From the IMG/VR virus record IMGVR_UViG_3300025706_000005: a stretch of 60,913 nucleotides of DNA. One strand, given 5' to 3'. The notes under the pieces are model-generated. The model saw only the letters and a program-made list of their open reading frames with translations. It ran no database searches and was not told where the DNA came from. Shown here in pieces: positions 32,347 to 42,700 of this stretch. The number at the start of each line of letters is the position of its first letter. Position 1 is the stretch's first letter. The position numbers were made by a program, and so were the translations under genes. This DNA is from a virus.

Positions 32347-35300
32347 TTATGTGCTATAAATGGTTCTGATAGTTTCTTCGCCAGTCGCCATATTGACAAA
32401 TGTAAACGGATATTCATAAACCTGGTGGCCGCCGAAAGCTGTCCCTGTGCCTTCTTTCCTCGCTCCGGCAGTCTTGGAGTAGTAGTAGGTGCCATCTATG
32501 GATATGACATTTCCAGGATTAAAAGTTGCACTCATTGAGGCCTGGTCAATGAGGTATCTCGCACCACTTACGCTGGCTGGTGGTGTTTTAGAAATGTTCG
32601 ACAATGCGGTTGCTATTTTTGGATTACTGTAATAATCCTTATAGTTTCCTGTTTTTAGCTTTTCAATGATGTAGCTGATTGCCGATGTGCTTCCATTGTC
32701 AACAAATGCTTTTAGTATAGTGGCATCTGGAGTTCCGTAGGCCCCTACTGCTTGTTCCATGTAGTTCGTGAATATTTTTCCTTCTGCATCAAGGGCGGCT
32801 ACGGCCTTCAGGGTTTCCGGGCTTCCAGCCAGGGCCGCAATATCGGCTCCTTTTATCGTGTTCGGAGTCATTTGGATTGCCGTATCAGCTCCTTTCGAGA
32901 GCTTATACAGATTTCCATCTACGACGCCGTAGGCTGTTCCATCCTGTGCTATCGACTGAACCTTAATGCTCTGCCCGGTTGTGGTGGTTATCGCTGAACC
33001 ATCGGGCTTGGCAAAGTTTCCGCCTACTTTCATGGGGATTATCGGAGTGGCTTTCCCGGTGCTGTCGATTTTTACTTCGGTTCCGTCCTGGGTTTTATAG
33101 CCGGTATCTGTCTTAAAGACATACTGGCTCTTCCCGTCGATGGTGACTTTTACGACGTTTCCGTTCCAGGTCACGGGCCTGTTGGTGTTGTCGCCTTCCG
33201 TGGTGGCCATGACGTTGCCGCTGGTATCTACGGCGTATTTGGCCAGGCCTTCTCCGGTCGTTCCGGTTCCCGTGGCCATCGCCTCAATTGCGCTCCAGCT
33301 GCCGTCGTTGTTCTTCTTCATGGTGTAGGTCTTTTCGTCGGCGCCTATGGCCATGAAGGTTCCAGCCTGCGTTCCTGCTGAATAGATGCGGTAGTTGTCG
33401 CCCAGGAGTTCGACTGTCTTTCCGACGGCAGGCTCTTCTGACGGCGTGCCATGCGCTGAAATCTTGGGCATATACTGGAGAACCTTCGTGATGTCCACGT
33501 TTGGAACGCGGTTGCCATCGGCGTCTGTCGTCCAGGTAATCGCCGCATAAGACGGGCTCGACATTGTGACCAGGTAATTTCTGAAGCCTGCGGCTCCCTT
33601 CGCATTGGGATCGTTCTGGTCCATGAACGGGTTGACGAAATTGGCCATTTCAGCTGGCTGCGAGCCAAAGAAAAGGGTTGATATTTCGCTGTCCGTGTAG
33701 CGGTTCATGAGCCGGTAAACGTCGCTGTTCTTGGTCCTGAAATCTGAAGCAAAGTTCCGGGCCCAGGCCTCGTCCATCGGGACGCCTGGATGCTGGCTGT
33801 TCCAGATTTTCTGGAGAGCCGGCTTCATATAGAGCTGGCCCTGCTGGCTATCATAATCCATGTTGGCGTCGAGCTTGAAAGCGGCCAGCAGGTCCCTGGT
33901 GCCGGCGGCAACGTCGCTGGACTGCTGTTTCGTCGTCAGGGTTGTGGTATCAAGGTCAATGCCGTAGAGCTTCTTGTAGAGGCTGGCAGCCGTCTTCACA
34001 TCGCCGGCGTCGAGAGCAACCTGAAAAGCCTTCTCGTCTGCGGTGCGCTGTCTCTGCTCTTCAGCCTGGTTCCTGGAATACTGCCGGCCTTCGGCCTCAA
34101 TCATCATGTTCCGTTCCGCGCTCTGTTGGGCCATCGAAGTCGTCAGCAGCTCTTTGCTGGCCAGCCTGGCTTCGTCCATAACCTTCTGGGCGAAATCACC
34201 TCGGAGCTTGTTCTCTTCAATCCTGGAATTGCGGTCGTAGCTGGCCAGGATGGCGTTGGCAGCCGGGCCCGTGATGCCCTGGCGCGCCAGGTCCATCTTC
34301 AGGGCTTCCATGCCGGCAGCGGTGTCGCTTCCGAATTGCTGCATGGTTTCGTTGATGATGCCGTCCATCACCGGGTTCTTTCCGGCAGCGTAGTCCTGGA
34401 GCATACGGAGCCCGGCTTCTACCTGGGCGTCCCAGCGGGTTTTCGGGACTGCTCCGGCTGCTCCGGCCTGGTAGGCCTCTGCGCCTGGAGCTGTCGGGTT
34501 GGCGGTATAGTAGGCGGTTTTCGTCTTGGCGGCCTGGTCCTGGCTGATGGCGCCTTCGTTCAAAAGGAAATCCGCCAGCTGGGCCGGGTTCGCGGTTTTG
34601 ATGAAATTGAGTTCCTGGGCTGTCAGCGTGCGCCGGCCTTTCATCAGATTGATGGCTGCATTAGCCTGCGGTGTCACGGTCCTGGCAGCATAGAATTGCT
34701 GCGGGGTAGCGCCCGTGGTCTGGGCTTCCTGGTAGTCGGCCAGGCTTTCAAAGCCAGCTGCTCTGGCAGCGTCCAGGGCCGCTTTATCTGATTCCGCTTT
34801 CGGGATGCTGAAACTTACTGGAGCCGGAGCTGGAGCTGCGGCAGGCGTTGAAATTGCAGGCTGGGCCTGTGCCGGAGCCGGGACCTGGATGCCTGCGGCG
34901 TCTGCTACCAGCTGACTGCCTGGCGCCTTGCTCAAGTCGATGGTGCCTTCATTGTCCTGGGTGAGCCTGGGTTTGGTGTAGTCCATGCTCTCCATCTGGT
35001 TCGGTGCCTGCTGGAGTTGGGGCGGAAGACCGCCTCCACCTGTTCCGGCAACCGGCTCAAAAGATATTCCGCCGGCGTCTTCGCGCTGGAGCTGTTCGGG
35101 CTCGTCCGGCAAAGTGATGCCGCCGGTCTGAAAGCCTGGTCTGGGAAGCTGCCCTGGGCTCTTGGCTATGTTCTGGTCGCCCTTGTTCATAATAGGCATG
35201 GCGTTTTTATCCGGGCTAATTTTGGACCGGATGATTTTTCTGGCTTCATTCAGAAGTATGTTTTCGACGGCTTTGCCTCCGCCCAGGATTTGAGTTAGGG

Positions 35301-35901
35301 GCGCGCTGGCGTAAAACTCGCCTTCGTGGTCGTCGAATTTCTTGGTGTTCACCACCTTATCGGACTGGATGACATTCGGGTCACTCTGCCCGGTTCCGCC
35401 GCCGAAAAGGTTGTCGAATTTCGTTTCGGGCTCGGTCGTCCCGCCTTCCTGGTATCCTGGTTTCCTCCGGTGTCCGGCGTTGACGCTGCCCGTGTATCCG
35501 ATGCTTTTCATACAGATAGGAGCCGGCGCCGGAGAGCCTTCGGATTTCAGCTTTTCAACACACCTGTCGAATTTCTGGGAATGGACGTTGCCTCCGCCCA
35601 TATATCCTTCCCGGACCTCGCCGCCCATATTCAGCTCTACCTTGCCACCCTTGCAGTAGTGCTTCATTACCTCTCCGCCCTTGCACATTTCAATCCGGCC
35701 TCCGCACTCTTTTGAGTGCGCGCACTTGAGCTTGTCTGCGGCCATGTCCACGGGAAGGCCACGTCCATTTGCGATGATGATGACGGCTTCATTTGGCTCG
35801 TTTAACCGGCCTTCTCGGAGTAGGCGCTGGGTTTCGCTCTTCGGGCCTCCCCTTAACGGAAGAGGCAGGGTGTTTGCCCAGGCAACGGGTTTGCTTTCCA
35901 T
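32347..35901 (-). CDS. Large internal virion / structural protein, 1,184 aa
   Basis: Long ORF in the structural block. The N-terminus carries GG[EK]V repeats and PGYQEGG/PGFQTGG motifs. Confidence 0.7.
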   Translation of the reverse strand: MESKPVAWANTLPLPLRGGPKSETQRLLREGRLNEPNEAVIIIANGRGLPVDMAADKLKCAHSKECGGRIEMCKGGEVMKHYCKGGKVELNMGGEVREGYMGGGNVHSQKFDRCVEKLKSEGSPAPAPICMKSIGYTGSVNAGHRRKPGYQEGGTTEPETKFDNLFGGGTGQSDPNVIQSDKVVNTKKFDDHEGEFYASAPLTQILGGGKAVENILLNEARKIIRSKISPDKNAMPIMNKGDQNIAKSPGQLPRPGFQTGGITLPDEPEQLQREDAGGISFEPVAGTGGGGLPPQLQQAPNQMESMDYTKPRLTQDNEGTIDLSKAPGSQLVADAAGIQVPAPAQAQPAISTPAAAPAPAPVSFSIPKAESDKAALDAARAAGFESLADYQEAQTTGATPQQFYAARTVTPQANAAINLMKGRRTLTAQELNFIKTANPAQLADFLLNEGAISQDQAAKTKTAYYTANPTAPGAEAYQAGAAGAVPKTRWDAQVEAGLRMLQDYAAGKNPVMDGIINETMQQFGSDTAAGMEALKMDLARQGITGPAANAILASYDRNSRIEENKLRGDFAQKVMDEARLASKELLTTSMAQQSAERNMMIEAEGRQYSRNQAEEQRQRTADEKAFQVALDAGDVKTAASLYKKLYGIDLDTTTLTTKQQSSDVAAGTRDLLAAFKLDANMDYDSQQGQLYMKPALQKIWNSQHPGVPMDEAWARNFASDFRTKNSDVYRLMNRYTDSEISTLFFGSQPAEMANFVNPFMDQNDPNAKGAAGFRNYLVTMSSPSYAAITWTTDADGNRVPNVDITKVLQYMPKISAHGTPSEEPAVGKTVELLGDNYRIYSAGTQAGTFMAIGADEKTYTMKKNNDGSWSAIEAMATGTGTTGEGLAKYAVDTSGNVMATTEGDNTNRPVTWNGNVVKVTIDGKSQYVFKTDTGYKTQDGTEVKIDSTGKATPIIPMKVGGNFAKPDGSAITTTTGQSIKVQSIAQDGTAYGVVDGNLYKLSKGADTAIQMTPNTIKGADIAALAGSPETLKAVAALDAEGKIFTNYMEQAVGAYGTPDATILKAFVDNGSTSAISYIIEKLKTGNYKDYYSNPKIATALSNISKTPPASVSGARYLIDQASMSATFNPGNVISIDGTYYYSKTAGARKEGTGTAFGGHQVYEYPFTFVNMATGEETIRTIYST

Positions 35902-35902
35902 G

Positions 35903-36061
35903 TCATTCCCCTTGTTCTATGCTGTCCAGCCTGCTCTCCAGGTTGTTCAGCCGGTTCCAGATTTGGTCGAAGATGCGCTGAACGGCCATCCTGAAGGTTC
36001 TTTCATCGCCGTCCAGCGGGATTTCATCGAGTCGTGATGTTTTTTCGCTTCTCTGCGGCAT
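35903..36061 (-). CDS. Candidate small helical protein, 52 aa
   Basis: ATG at 36061. MPQRSEKTSRLDEIPLDGDERTFRMAVQRIFDQIWNRLNNLESRLDSIEQGE. Its TGA lies 1 nt before the next start. It fills an otherwise unexplained 163-nt gap. Confidence 0.4.
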   Translation of the reverse strand: MPQRSEKTSRLDEIPLDGDERTFRMAVQRIFDQIWNRLNNLESRLDSIEQGE

Positions 36062-36064
36062 TGG

Positions 36065-36535
36065 CTACCTGTTCGGAAGTAGGGCCTTGCCCTGGTTTTC
36101 GTAGATGTCGTCGTAGTAGTAGTCCGACGCAACTTTCGACACGGACCTGGGGATAACGCGCGGGTCAAACAAGTAGCCTTCCGCGCCGTCCATGAAAATG
36201 AAATTGCCGGAATAAGTCACCAGGCTTCCCAGGGCAACTGTCACGGGCTCGTTCTTGTCCAGGGTGACGATTAAGTTGTTGCCAGACCTGTTGACCTTTA
36301 TAATCATCCAGTCGTTGCCAGCCAGCTGCTCCGCTGTCACCGGAAGATTTGCAACGACGCTGTTGTGCCCGTCCCAGAACAGGAGAATAACTGAAGAACC
36401 CTGGCGCCGGACAAATATCTTCAGTCCTCCGACGCTGGATTTGATAATGCAGCCTCCGCCAGCTGGGACCTCTCCTCCCCAGCCGCCAGTCACCATGAGG
36501 CCGCCGCCCAGGCCTTTTGCGACGATGAAATTCAT
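36065..36535 (-). CDS. LamG/concanavalin-like jelly-roll protein, 156 aa
   Basis: The ending GAEGYLFDPRVIPRSVSKVASDYYYDDIY resembles the LamG C-terminal signature. It lies adjacent to the tailspike gene. Confidence 0.45.
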   Translation of the reverse strand: MNFIVAKGLGGGLMVTGGWGGEVPAGGGCIIKSSVGGLKIFVRRQGSSVILLFWDGHNSVVANLPVTAEQLAGNDWMIIKVNRSGNNLIVTLDKNEPVTVALGSLVTYSGNFIFMDGAEGYLFDPRVIPRSVSKVASDYYYDDIYENQGKALLPNR

Positions 36536-39500
36536 TTATGCCTCGTTCTTGTGTCTGATGCTAGGCGTCAGGCTTCCGATGATGCTTCCTTCGATGCCGC
36601 CTCCGCCGTATTTCTCTACCTTGTGCTTCAGCAGGTAGGCGGTTTCAGCTTCGTTCCAGACTACAAAATACCAGTCCGGGTCCTCAAAAATAAGCTCCTG
36701 CTTGTTCGTGAAGAACTGGCGCAAGTCGGTCGTGTTATCGCCGTTCTCAACGATGTCGTTGGCAAAGCCGGTTCCGGCTCCGGTTTCCAGGACAATGACG
36801 CCCGGCCCGTTGCCGGTGTTCCCGGAAATATGATGGCCGCTGTTTGCCTCGACTTTGATGCCGGCCTTTCCTGTTGCAATCTCTATGAATGAGTTGTTGC
36901 GGATAACCAGGCCATTGACGCCGGCGTCCGTGAAATCGAGTGCGTCTTCTTTGAATTTCCAGAAAAGGTTGTTCTCGATGAAAACACCCAGGCAGTCGTC
37001 GGCATAGATGGCGTTGTTGCAGAACTGGGTTGTCTCATAAATGCCTTCAAATAGGTTGTGATGGATGCGCCCGTGATAGACGTAATCCATCATCACCCAT
37101 CGGTCAAAGCTGCCCAGGACGGCTGCTCCGCCGAAAGAACAATCCTCGATTTCGCACCCGGAAGAAAAGGCGATGACGTTGGTGATGTGGTCCGCAAAGA
37201 GCTTGTGAAGCCGAATATTCTTAATCCGGCTGGTGGAGCCCATTGTAATAATGGGGGTTGCCTCTGAAACAAAGGTTCCTGCAATCTTCGCCCTGGTTGA
37301 AGAGCCGGAGCAAACACCCTGGAGGGTGACGCCGGCAGGCAGGCTGACGTTTTCCTGGTAATCAACGTCATTGGATACCAGGAAGATGGTGCCCTTGTTC
37401 TTGTTGGCCGTGAAGTAGGCCGTGGCCTCTGCGATGGTTTTGAAGGCTGTGGCCTGGCTCAATCCGTTGCCCGATGTCGTGATGCTCTTATCAACCCAGA
37501 TTTCAACGGCGTCCCGTTCTTCGCTGTGGACGTTCTCTGCCGCGACGACGTTGTTGCCTCCGGTCCAGAAGCCGGAGAGTCCGCGCCAGCGGTTATTGGA
37601 AATGGTCAGGCGGCCAGGAGAAAGAGAGCCGGTCGCCAGGCGGACACAATAATATCCGGCGCCGCCCATGAAGGAGTTGTCCGTGATGTCGATGAAGTCC
37701 AGATCGCCAGTTGTGCTGCCGGTGATACTGATAACGTCAGCAGCCGCTGTCTGAAGAACATTGTGCCGGATATGAGAATTGGCCAGGATGCCGGCGATGA
37801 CTGTGATGGGGGTTGGCGCTCCGGCGTTCCCGGAAAGGAAACAGTCGATGATGTCAACAAAGCCATTTTCGACATAGACGTAAGAAGTGAGTCCAATTTC
37901 ATTGAAACCGAAAGCTGCGTGCCCGGCATGAATGAGCCTGCACCCCTTCGCCATTTTGACGACGTAAGTGTCGCCGCTGGCCAGGCTCTGTTTTCCGGTG
38001 ACACACCTTTCCAGGGTTGAATTGTCCGACATAACGACTGTCGCCTGGGTAGAGCCGCTGGCCAGACCTCTGATGTAGCAGTCGCCGTATCCTCGGACCG
38101 TGACGCCTTCAGGAATTGTGATATCTTCCTGCCAGGTGTTCTCGCCTACATGGAGAATACCTTTCTTGGTCGTCAGGAGGGCCAGGCCGTTTGCGATGGT
38201 ATCCTTTGCCGTGGCCCAGGTCTTTCCGTCGTTCCCGGAAGAGCCGCCTACTGCGACGTAGTAGTTCGGAATAATGCTTTCAAATATGGCCTGGTCCAGC
38301 GTCAGGACGTTATCAATTTTCCCGTCAATGGTTGCCAGGCTGCTGTTTGCGTCGCTGATACCCAGGAGTGCTGTATCGAGCTTCCCGTCTGCCGTTGCCT
38401 GGGCCGCGTCAACATCGTCAAAGCGGTCCAGAAGGTCGTCCTCGATGCTTCCGGTGACTGCCGGCGTAGCTGATACGTCGCGGGTCTTGAGAGCCTTCGC
38501 CACGATGTCGGCATTGGTGGTATTGTCGGCCAGGGTTGTCGTTCCGGGTTCTTCGGTCAGGACCAGGTTGGTCCGGCTGAAGTAGCGCCGGAGTGCGTTT
38601 TCGTCGAAAGCAAAGCCATACATGAACTGCGCCACGCTTTCGGTTGAAGCTACTTTGATGTAGCAGAAATAAACGCCGGCGTCCGCGCGCTCCAGCTTCT
38701 TGTGGCCGCTGATGCCGGAGCTGTCCAGGGCCGTGGTGCAGGCGTCGTCCTTGAAAAGAAGGGCGTTCTTGTCTGTGGCTCCGATGGCCACTTCAAGTTT
38801 AAGGCCTAGGTCGTTGCTGTCCGGGTCCTCCATCTGGCCAGCTTCGTCGTAGATGTTGACGCGGACCTTGTAAACATTGAAGGAGCTGCCCGGAATGAGC
38901 ATATACTCTGGGATGCTGGCGACGAAATTGGTGTTGTTCTGGATGCTATCTACGCTGCTTTGCCTGGCTACGCCGTTGGCGCTGTCGTAGGCGTTAAGGG
39001 CCGCCGTGGCCTGGACCTGGACGGCTGCCAGGGCTGCCGCCGACAATTCGACTGTGGGCTCGGCTGCATCCAGAGAAGCCTTCTGGAGTGCGCCAAAGTC
39101 GATGTTTTCCTGGGCCACGACATTGACCTCAACCTTCTGGCCTTGTCCGGTTCCGTAGGATACTGCCAGCTCTCCGTTGTGGTTTCCAAAGCCTGTGGCT
39201 GTTCTGATTGAAACAGCGGAGAAATCAGCTGAGACTGCATCAATGTAAAATGGGGCATAGCCCATTCCGTTTACATCAATCTGGAGAGTATCGCCTGCTT
39301 TTACGCCGAAAAACTTGTAGAGATTGTCGGCGGTGTAGGTATGGTAGTCATAGCCTCCGGCGCTGGCAAAATCGCTTAATGCGCCGGACTGATAGATTGT
39401 CTCGGTCTTGAATTTGATGTTATTTGCGATATTCCAGATTTCGACAATGCGCTCGATTTCGGTTCTCAAGTCGGTCGCCAGTTTCTGAATGGATATGGCG

Positions 39501-40015
39501 CCGTCAGCCAGGACGGAATGGGTTATGGCTCCGGTCCCGAATTTTGCAGCAGTCAGGGCCGCCGCCTGGATAGAAGCTGCCGTAATAACGTCGTTGGCCA
39601 GGGCAACAATGTTTGCGTCAATGCGTCCGTTTGCTGGCTGGTTAATCTGGCCGGCGCCGGTTCCTCGCGTGAAAAGTCCTCCGGCAGCTTCCGCCGCTGC
39701 ATTTGGAAGGGCAGAAAGGCCTAGGCGAACCGCGTCCGCTGGGTCTGCCGCCGTTGCCTCGACATTTATCACAGCATTGATGGCGCTTGAATTAACAAAA
39801 GTAAAGACAAGGTGATTTGCGTTGGTGTCGGCCTGGGTGCAGGCGTATTCCCATTCTCCATTGCCCTTGTGGGTGGCCGTGGTATTTCCGCCTGCCGCCT
39901 GCGCGGCCCCGTCCTTTGAAATAAAAACATTGGTGGTCCCGGAAGTCACCGGGCTTCCATCTGTTTTGTTTATGAGGACTGCGGATATATATTGACTGGC
40001 TACGTTTTTTCTCAT
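36536..40015 (-). CDS. Tailspike with right-handed parallel beta-helix repeats (depolymerase-type), 1,159 aa
   Basis: ATG at 40015 (ATGA overlap, GGAGGCGTCTT RBS). Repeated PbH1-like units: IRHNVL, ITDNSF, ISNNRW, IHHNLF, IENNLF, IRNNSF, ISGNTG. Confidence 0.75.
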   Translation of the reverse strand: MRKNVASQYISAVLINKTDGSPVTSGTTNVFISKDGAAQAAGGNTTATHKGNGEWEYACTQADTNANHLVFTFVNSSAINAVINVEATAADPADAVRLGLSALPNAAAEAAGGLFTRGTGAGQINQPANGRIDANIVALANDVITAASIQAAALTAAKFGTGAITHSVLADGAISIQKLATDLRTEIERIVEIWNIANNIKFKTETIYQSGALSDFASAGGYDYHTYTADNLYKFFGVKAGDTLQIDVNGMGYAPFYIDAVSADFSAVSIRTATGFGNHNGELAVSYGTGQGQKVEVNVVAQENIDFGALQKASLDAAEPTVELSAAALAAVQVQATAALNAYDSANGVARQSSVDSIQNNTNFVASIPEYMLIPGSSFNVYKVRVNIYDEAGQMEDPDSNDLGLKLEVAIGATDKNALLFKDDACTTALDSSGISGHKKLERADAGVYFCYIKVASTESVAQFMYGFAFDENALRRYFSRTNLVLTEEPGTTTLADNTTNADIVAKALKTRDVSATPAVTGSIEDDLLDRFDDVDAAQATADGKLDTALLGISDANSSLATIDGKIDNVLTLDQAIFESIIPNYYVAVGGSSGNDGKTWATAKDTIANGLALLTTKKGILHVGENTWQEDITIPEGVTVRGYGDCYIRGLASGSTQATVVMSDNSTLERCVTGKQSLASGDTYVVKMAKGCRLIHAGHAAFGFNEIGLTSYVYVENGFVDIIDCFLSGNAGAPTPITVIAGILANSHIRHNVLQTAAADVISITGSTTGDLDFIDITDNSFMGGAGYYCVRLATGSLSPGRLTISNNRWRGLSGFWTGGNNVVAAENVHSEERDAVEIWVDKSITTSGNGLSQATAFKTIAEATAYFTANKNKGTIFLVSNDVDYQENVSLPAGVTLQGVCSGSSTRAKIAGTFVSEATPIITMGSTSRIKNIRLHKLFADHITNVIAFSSGCEIEDCSFGGAAVLGSFDRWVMMDYVYHGRIHHNLFEGIYETTQFCNNAIYADDCLGVFIENNLFWKFKEDALDFTDAGVNGLVIRNNSFIEIATGKAGIKVEANSGHHISGNTGNGPGVIVLETGAGTGFANDIVENGDNTTDLRQFFTNKQELIFEDPDWYFVVWNEAETAYLLKHKVEKYGGGGIEGSIIGSLTPSIRHKNEA

Positions 40016-42258
40016 AAGACGCCTCCGAATACTGGGGTTTCTACCATCGACCTGTTGGCCTTTGCCGCCCAGGCAGGTGAAAATGCTGATGTCACCCAAT
40101 TCGTTGTATTGCTCAATGTTCCGTTGGCGTCAACAACCTGGTTGCTTGCAGCATTGTCTTGGACATTAATATACTGTGTTGAAATGCCAGCAGGAACAGT
40201 CCAATTACTTTTCGTTCCCGCGCTAGAGGACCTGATAATCGTATTACTTCCTGCCGTTCCATCCCAATCGCCAGAGGTATAGGCCGAAATGGTCAGCGTT
40301 CCAGAGGCGTCCGTGGTAATCTGCGTCCCTGGTTTAATTTCAAGTCTGGCCAGGGTTGCGCTCCCGGTCACGGCAATTATGGCGCCGGAAGCGTTCAAAA
40401 CAGTATGTGGCAGGCTCTTTCCGTTGGTGGCAAAAGTCGCCGCTGCCGTGAAGGTGATTTTGGCAGCCGTATTATAAACATTCGTTGATGCGCCTATGGT
40501 CAGGTTCGCGGCATGGGATATTTGGGCGGAGTCGAAATAGACGTTCAGGGTTCCGGTTGAAACAGTCAGACTTTCCGCTGCTGTCCGCGTTCCAGTAGAT
40601 GTCTGGTAGTTTAATGTGATGGAGCTTGTGGCGTGCAGGCAGGTGGTGATAATATTGGCTATGTCAATTACTGATGAGCCAAAATTAGCCGTTATCGAAC
40701 AGCCAGAATATGCGCCCGATGGAATAGTAAACTGGAGCTGCCCTGACGATCCGGCCAGGGTAATGGTTTTGTCGTTGGTATTTACGACAATCGTGGTATT
40801 TGCTGCCTGGCATGAGAATAGAACCTGGCGGCAGGCTATGTCAGCCCCTAAATAATAAGTGCAGGATTGGCCATTTACGCCGTAGGCATTGACAAGTAAA
40901 TTACCTCCCGACGTGAATTTCGGAAGAGTCACAATACTTCCCGCTGTTTGCGGCTTGAAATCAAAAGGGTTTCCTGTCGTTGCCTTGATAGTTCCGCCAT
41001 TATCCACGATTGGGGTGGTTGTGCCGGAATTGTAGCAGGTGATTGTTCCTGCGGTCAGGTGAAGGACTGTGTTTGAGTTTCCCAGCGTGATGCTTGTTGC
41101 TCCGTCGTTCCTGAAAAGCTGGCCGCCTGCTGTTCTGACATAGCAGCCGCTTCCGATTGTCCATGCAGTCATTCTACCGGAAGAGTCAGGCGTTTTTCCA
41201 AAAGAAGTTGTGCCGGCATACTGCTGGATAAAGGTTGTTCCGTCAACGCTGAAAGCAGAGGCTGAAGATGTGACATTAAGCCAGTCATAAGTGATGGTCG
41301 AATTATCGAGAGTGACGGAGCCGGTGCCCTTCCATTCAAAGCCTCCGTCCAGCGTCAGAGAATATCCTCCAGAGCTGAAATTGCCAGAGTATCCCGATGT
41401 TGCCCGGACCATTCTGGCTACTGATGCAACGTCAATCGTGCAGTTTTGAGAGCCGCTTGAAAACTCTACGATGTCGGTTGAAATAGGAACGCGGCCCAGG
41501 CTCCAGTTTCCTGCCGTGTTCCATGAAGTTGTCGTGCCCTGCCATACATTGACCTGGGCTGCCATCTTTGCCGGAAGCGTCCAGTCGTCCCAGATTGCAA
41601 GGCGGCTGAAGAACATGGCATTGTATGAGCTTGTCGATACCATCTGACCTATACTTAATTCGACAATATCTCCGCCGTTGTGCGTCGTAAAAGAACAGGT
41701 CTGCGTTGAACCTATCTGTGTTTGTCCGTCCTCGCTCCATACCTCAAACTCGGCCCCGTTTGCCGTATTCCGCTTGTGTCTGAAAATAATCTGATACCAT
41801 GTGCTTAAAGTCAGGCTGATGGCTGAACCGAAATCCTTGAGCGTGTTGTCAGCGTTATCCCGCGCCTGTCCTTGAATGGTGTAGGTTCCTGCCGCGTCCA
41901 CGCATTTTATGGCAAAGTGAATTGTCGAGCTTCCGCTTTCGGCCATCTGGAAAATACGGACGTTTGATGCGTCACCGATATTCGTTGGCTTGATGCAGAA
42001 GCGTCCGCTGAATTGATTAGTCAGAGACAGGCTCGTTTTCCTGGCATAAATGGCTGAAGAAATTGAGTGCCAATGGCTGAATTGGTCGTAGGCCCAGCCA
42101 AGATAATTCTCAACCTTCGTTCCGTTGACGCCTTCGTTGGTCACGGACGAATAAGCGTCCTCTCCGGGACTGGCCGGAGCCAATGTATTGATAAGCCACG
42201 GGCGTGCCGCACTTGTTCCGAGTCCGCCCTGCTTATAAACGTCAAATACTTTGGTCAT
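40012..42258 (-). CDS. Tail fibre / receptor-binding protein, 748 aa
   Basis: Jelly-roll-like N-terminal part, then a long Ser/Thr/Gly/Asn-rich beta-repeat region (TITCYNSGTT, IVVNTNDKTITLAGSSG and similar). Confidence 0.65.
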   Translation of the reverse strand: MTKVFDVYKQGGLGTSAARPWLINTLAPASPGEDAYSSVTNEGVNGTKVENYLGWAYDQFSHWHSISSAIYARKTSLSLTNQFSGRFCIKPTNIGDASNVRIFQMAESGSSTIHFAIKCVDAAGTYTIQGQARDNADNTLKDFGSAISLTLSTWYQIIFRHKRNTANGAEFEVWSEDGQTQIGSTQTCSFTTHNGGDIVELSIGQMVSTSSYNAMFFSRLAIWDDWTLPAKMAAQVNVWQGTTTSWNTAGNWSLGRVPISTDIVEFSSGSQNCTIDVASVARMVRATSGYSGNFSSGGYSLTLDGGFEWKGTGSVTLDNSTITYDWLNVTSSASAFSVDGTTFIQQYAGTTSFGKTPDSSGRMTAWTIGSGCYVRTAGGQLFRNDGATSITLGNSNTVLHLTAGTITCYNSGTTTPIVDNGGTIKATTGNPFDFKPQTAGSIVTLPKFTSGGNLLVNAYGVNGQSCTYYLGADIACRQVLFSCQAANTTIVVNTNDKTITLAGSSGQLQFTIPSGAYSGCSITANFGSSVIDIANIITTCLHATSSITLNYQTSTGTRTAAESLTVSTGTLNVYFDSAQISHAANLTIGASTNVYNTAAKITFTAAATFATNGKSLPHTVLNASGAIIAVTGSATLARLEIKPGTQITTDASGTLTISAYTSGDWDGTAGSNTIIRSSSAGTKSNWTVPAGISTQYINVQDNAASNQVVDANGTLSNTTNWVTSAFSPAWAAKANRSMVETPVFGGVL

Positions 42259-42446
42259 TATACCTCGTAAAGAGTGACGCTTCCGGCAATTTTAAGCCCA
42301 GTTGAAGGGACGCCTTCTGTTCCTACTTTCATTTCCGTTGAAGCCTTCTCTTCTCCGTTGATGAAAGCCTTAACCACAAGGGTTTCTCCGGCCTTTATTT
42401 TACACGGAAAAAGAACACTGTTGGTGACTGGAGAAAAGGCCATCAT
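42258..42446 (-). CDS. Hypothetical small beta protein, 62 aa
   Basis: Translationally coupled ORF between tail genes. Confidence 0.45.
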   Translation of the reverse strand: MMAFSPVTNSVLFPCKIKAGETLVVKAFINGEEKASTEMKVGTEGVPSTGLKIAGSVTLYEV

Positions 42447-42700
42447 TTCCCCCTTACGGCATTGAGCCCATTGGTCAGGTCGTGCCGGATACCTTTCAGT
42501 TGCCCGTTGACCATTTCTTTTTCCATACCATGCGCCTTGTCGTGGGCGTCGTGGTGGAGCTTGCAGACCTCTTTGGTCTGAAAGGTATCCATCTTCGCGT
42601 CCATCTTCTTAATCAGAAAAATGGCAAGCGCCACCAGGAGCCCAAGAAGGCCCTGGAGGGCATACATAAGAATTGCCTGAAGGCTCATTGTTTCGTTCAT
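42443..42700 (-). CDS. Single-pass membrane protein, 85 aa
   Basis: N-terminal hydrophobic helix ILMYALQGLLGLLVALAIFLI followed by a His/Lys-rich tail. Confidence 0.5.
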   Translation of the reverse strand: MNETMSLQAILMYALQGLLGLLVALAIFLIKKMDAKMDTFQTKEVCKLHHDAHDKAHGMEKEMVNGQLKGIRHDLTNGLNAVRGK

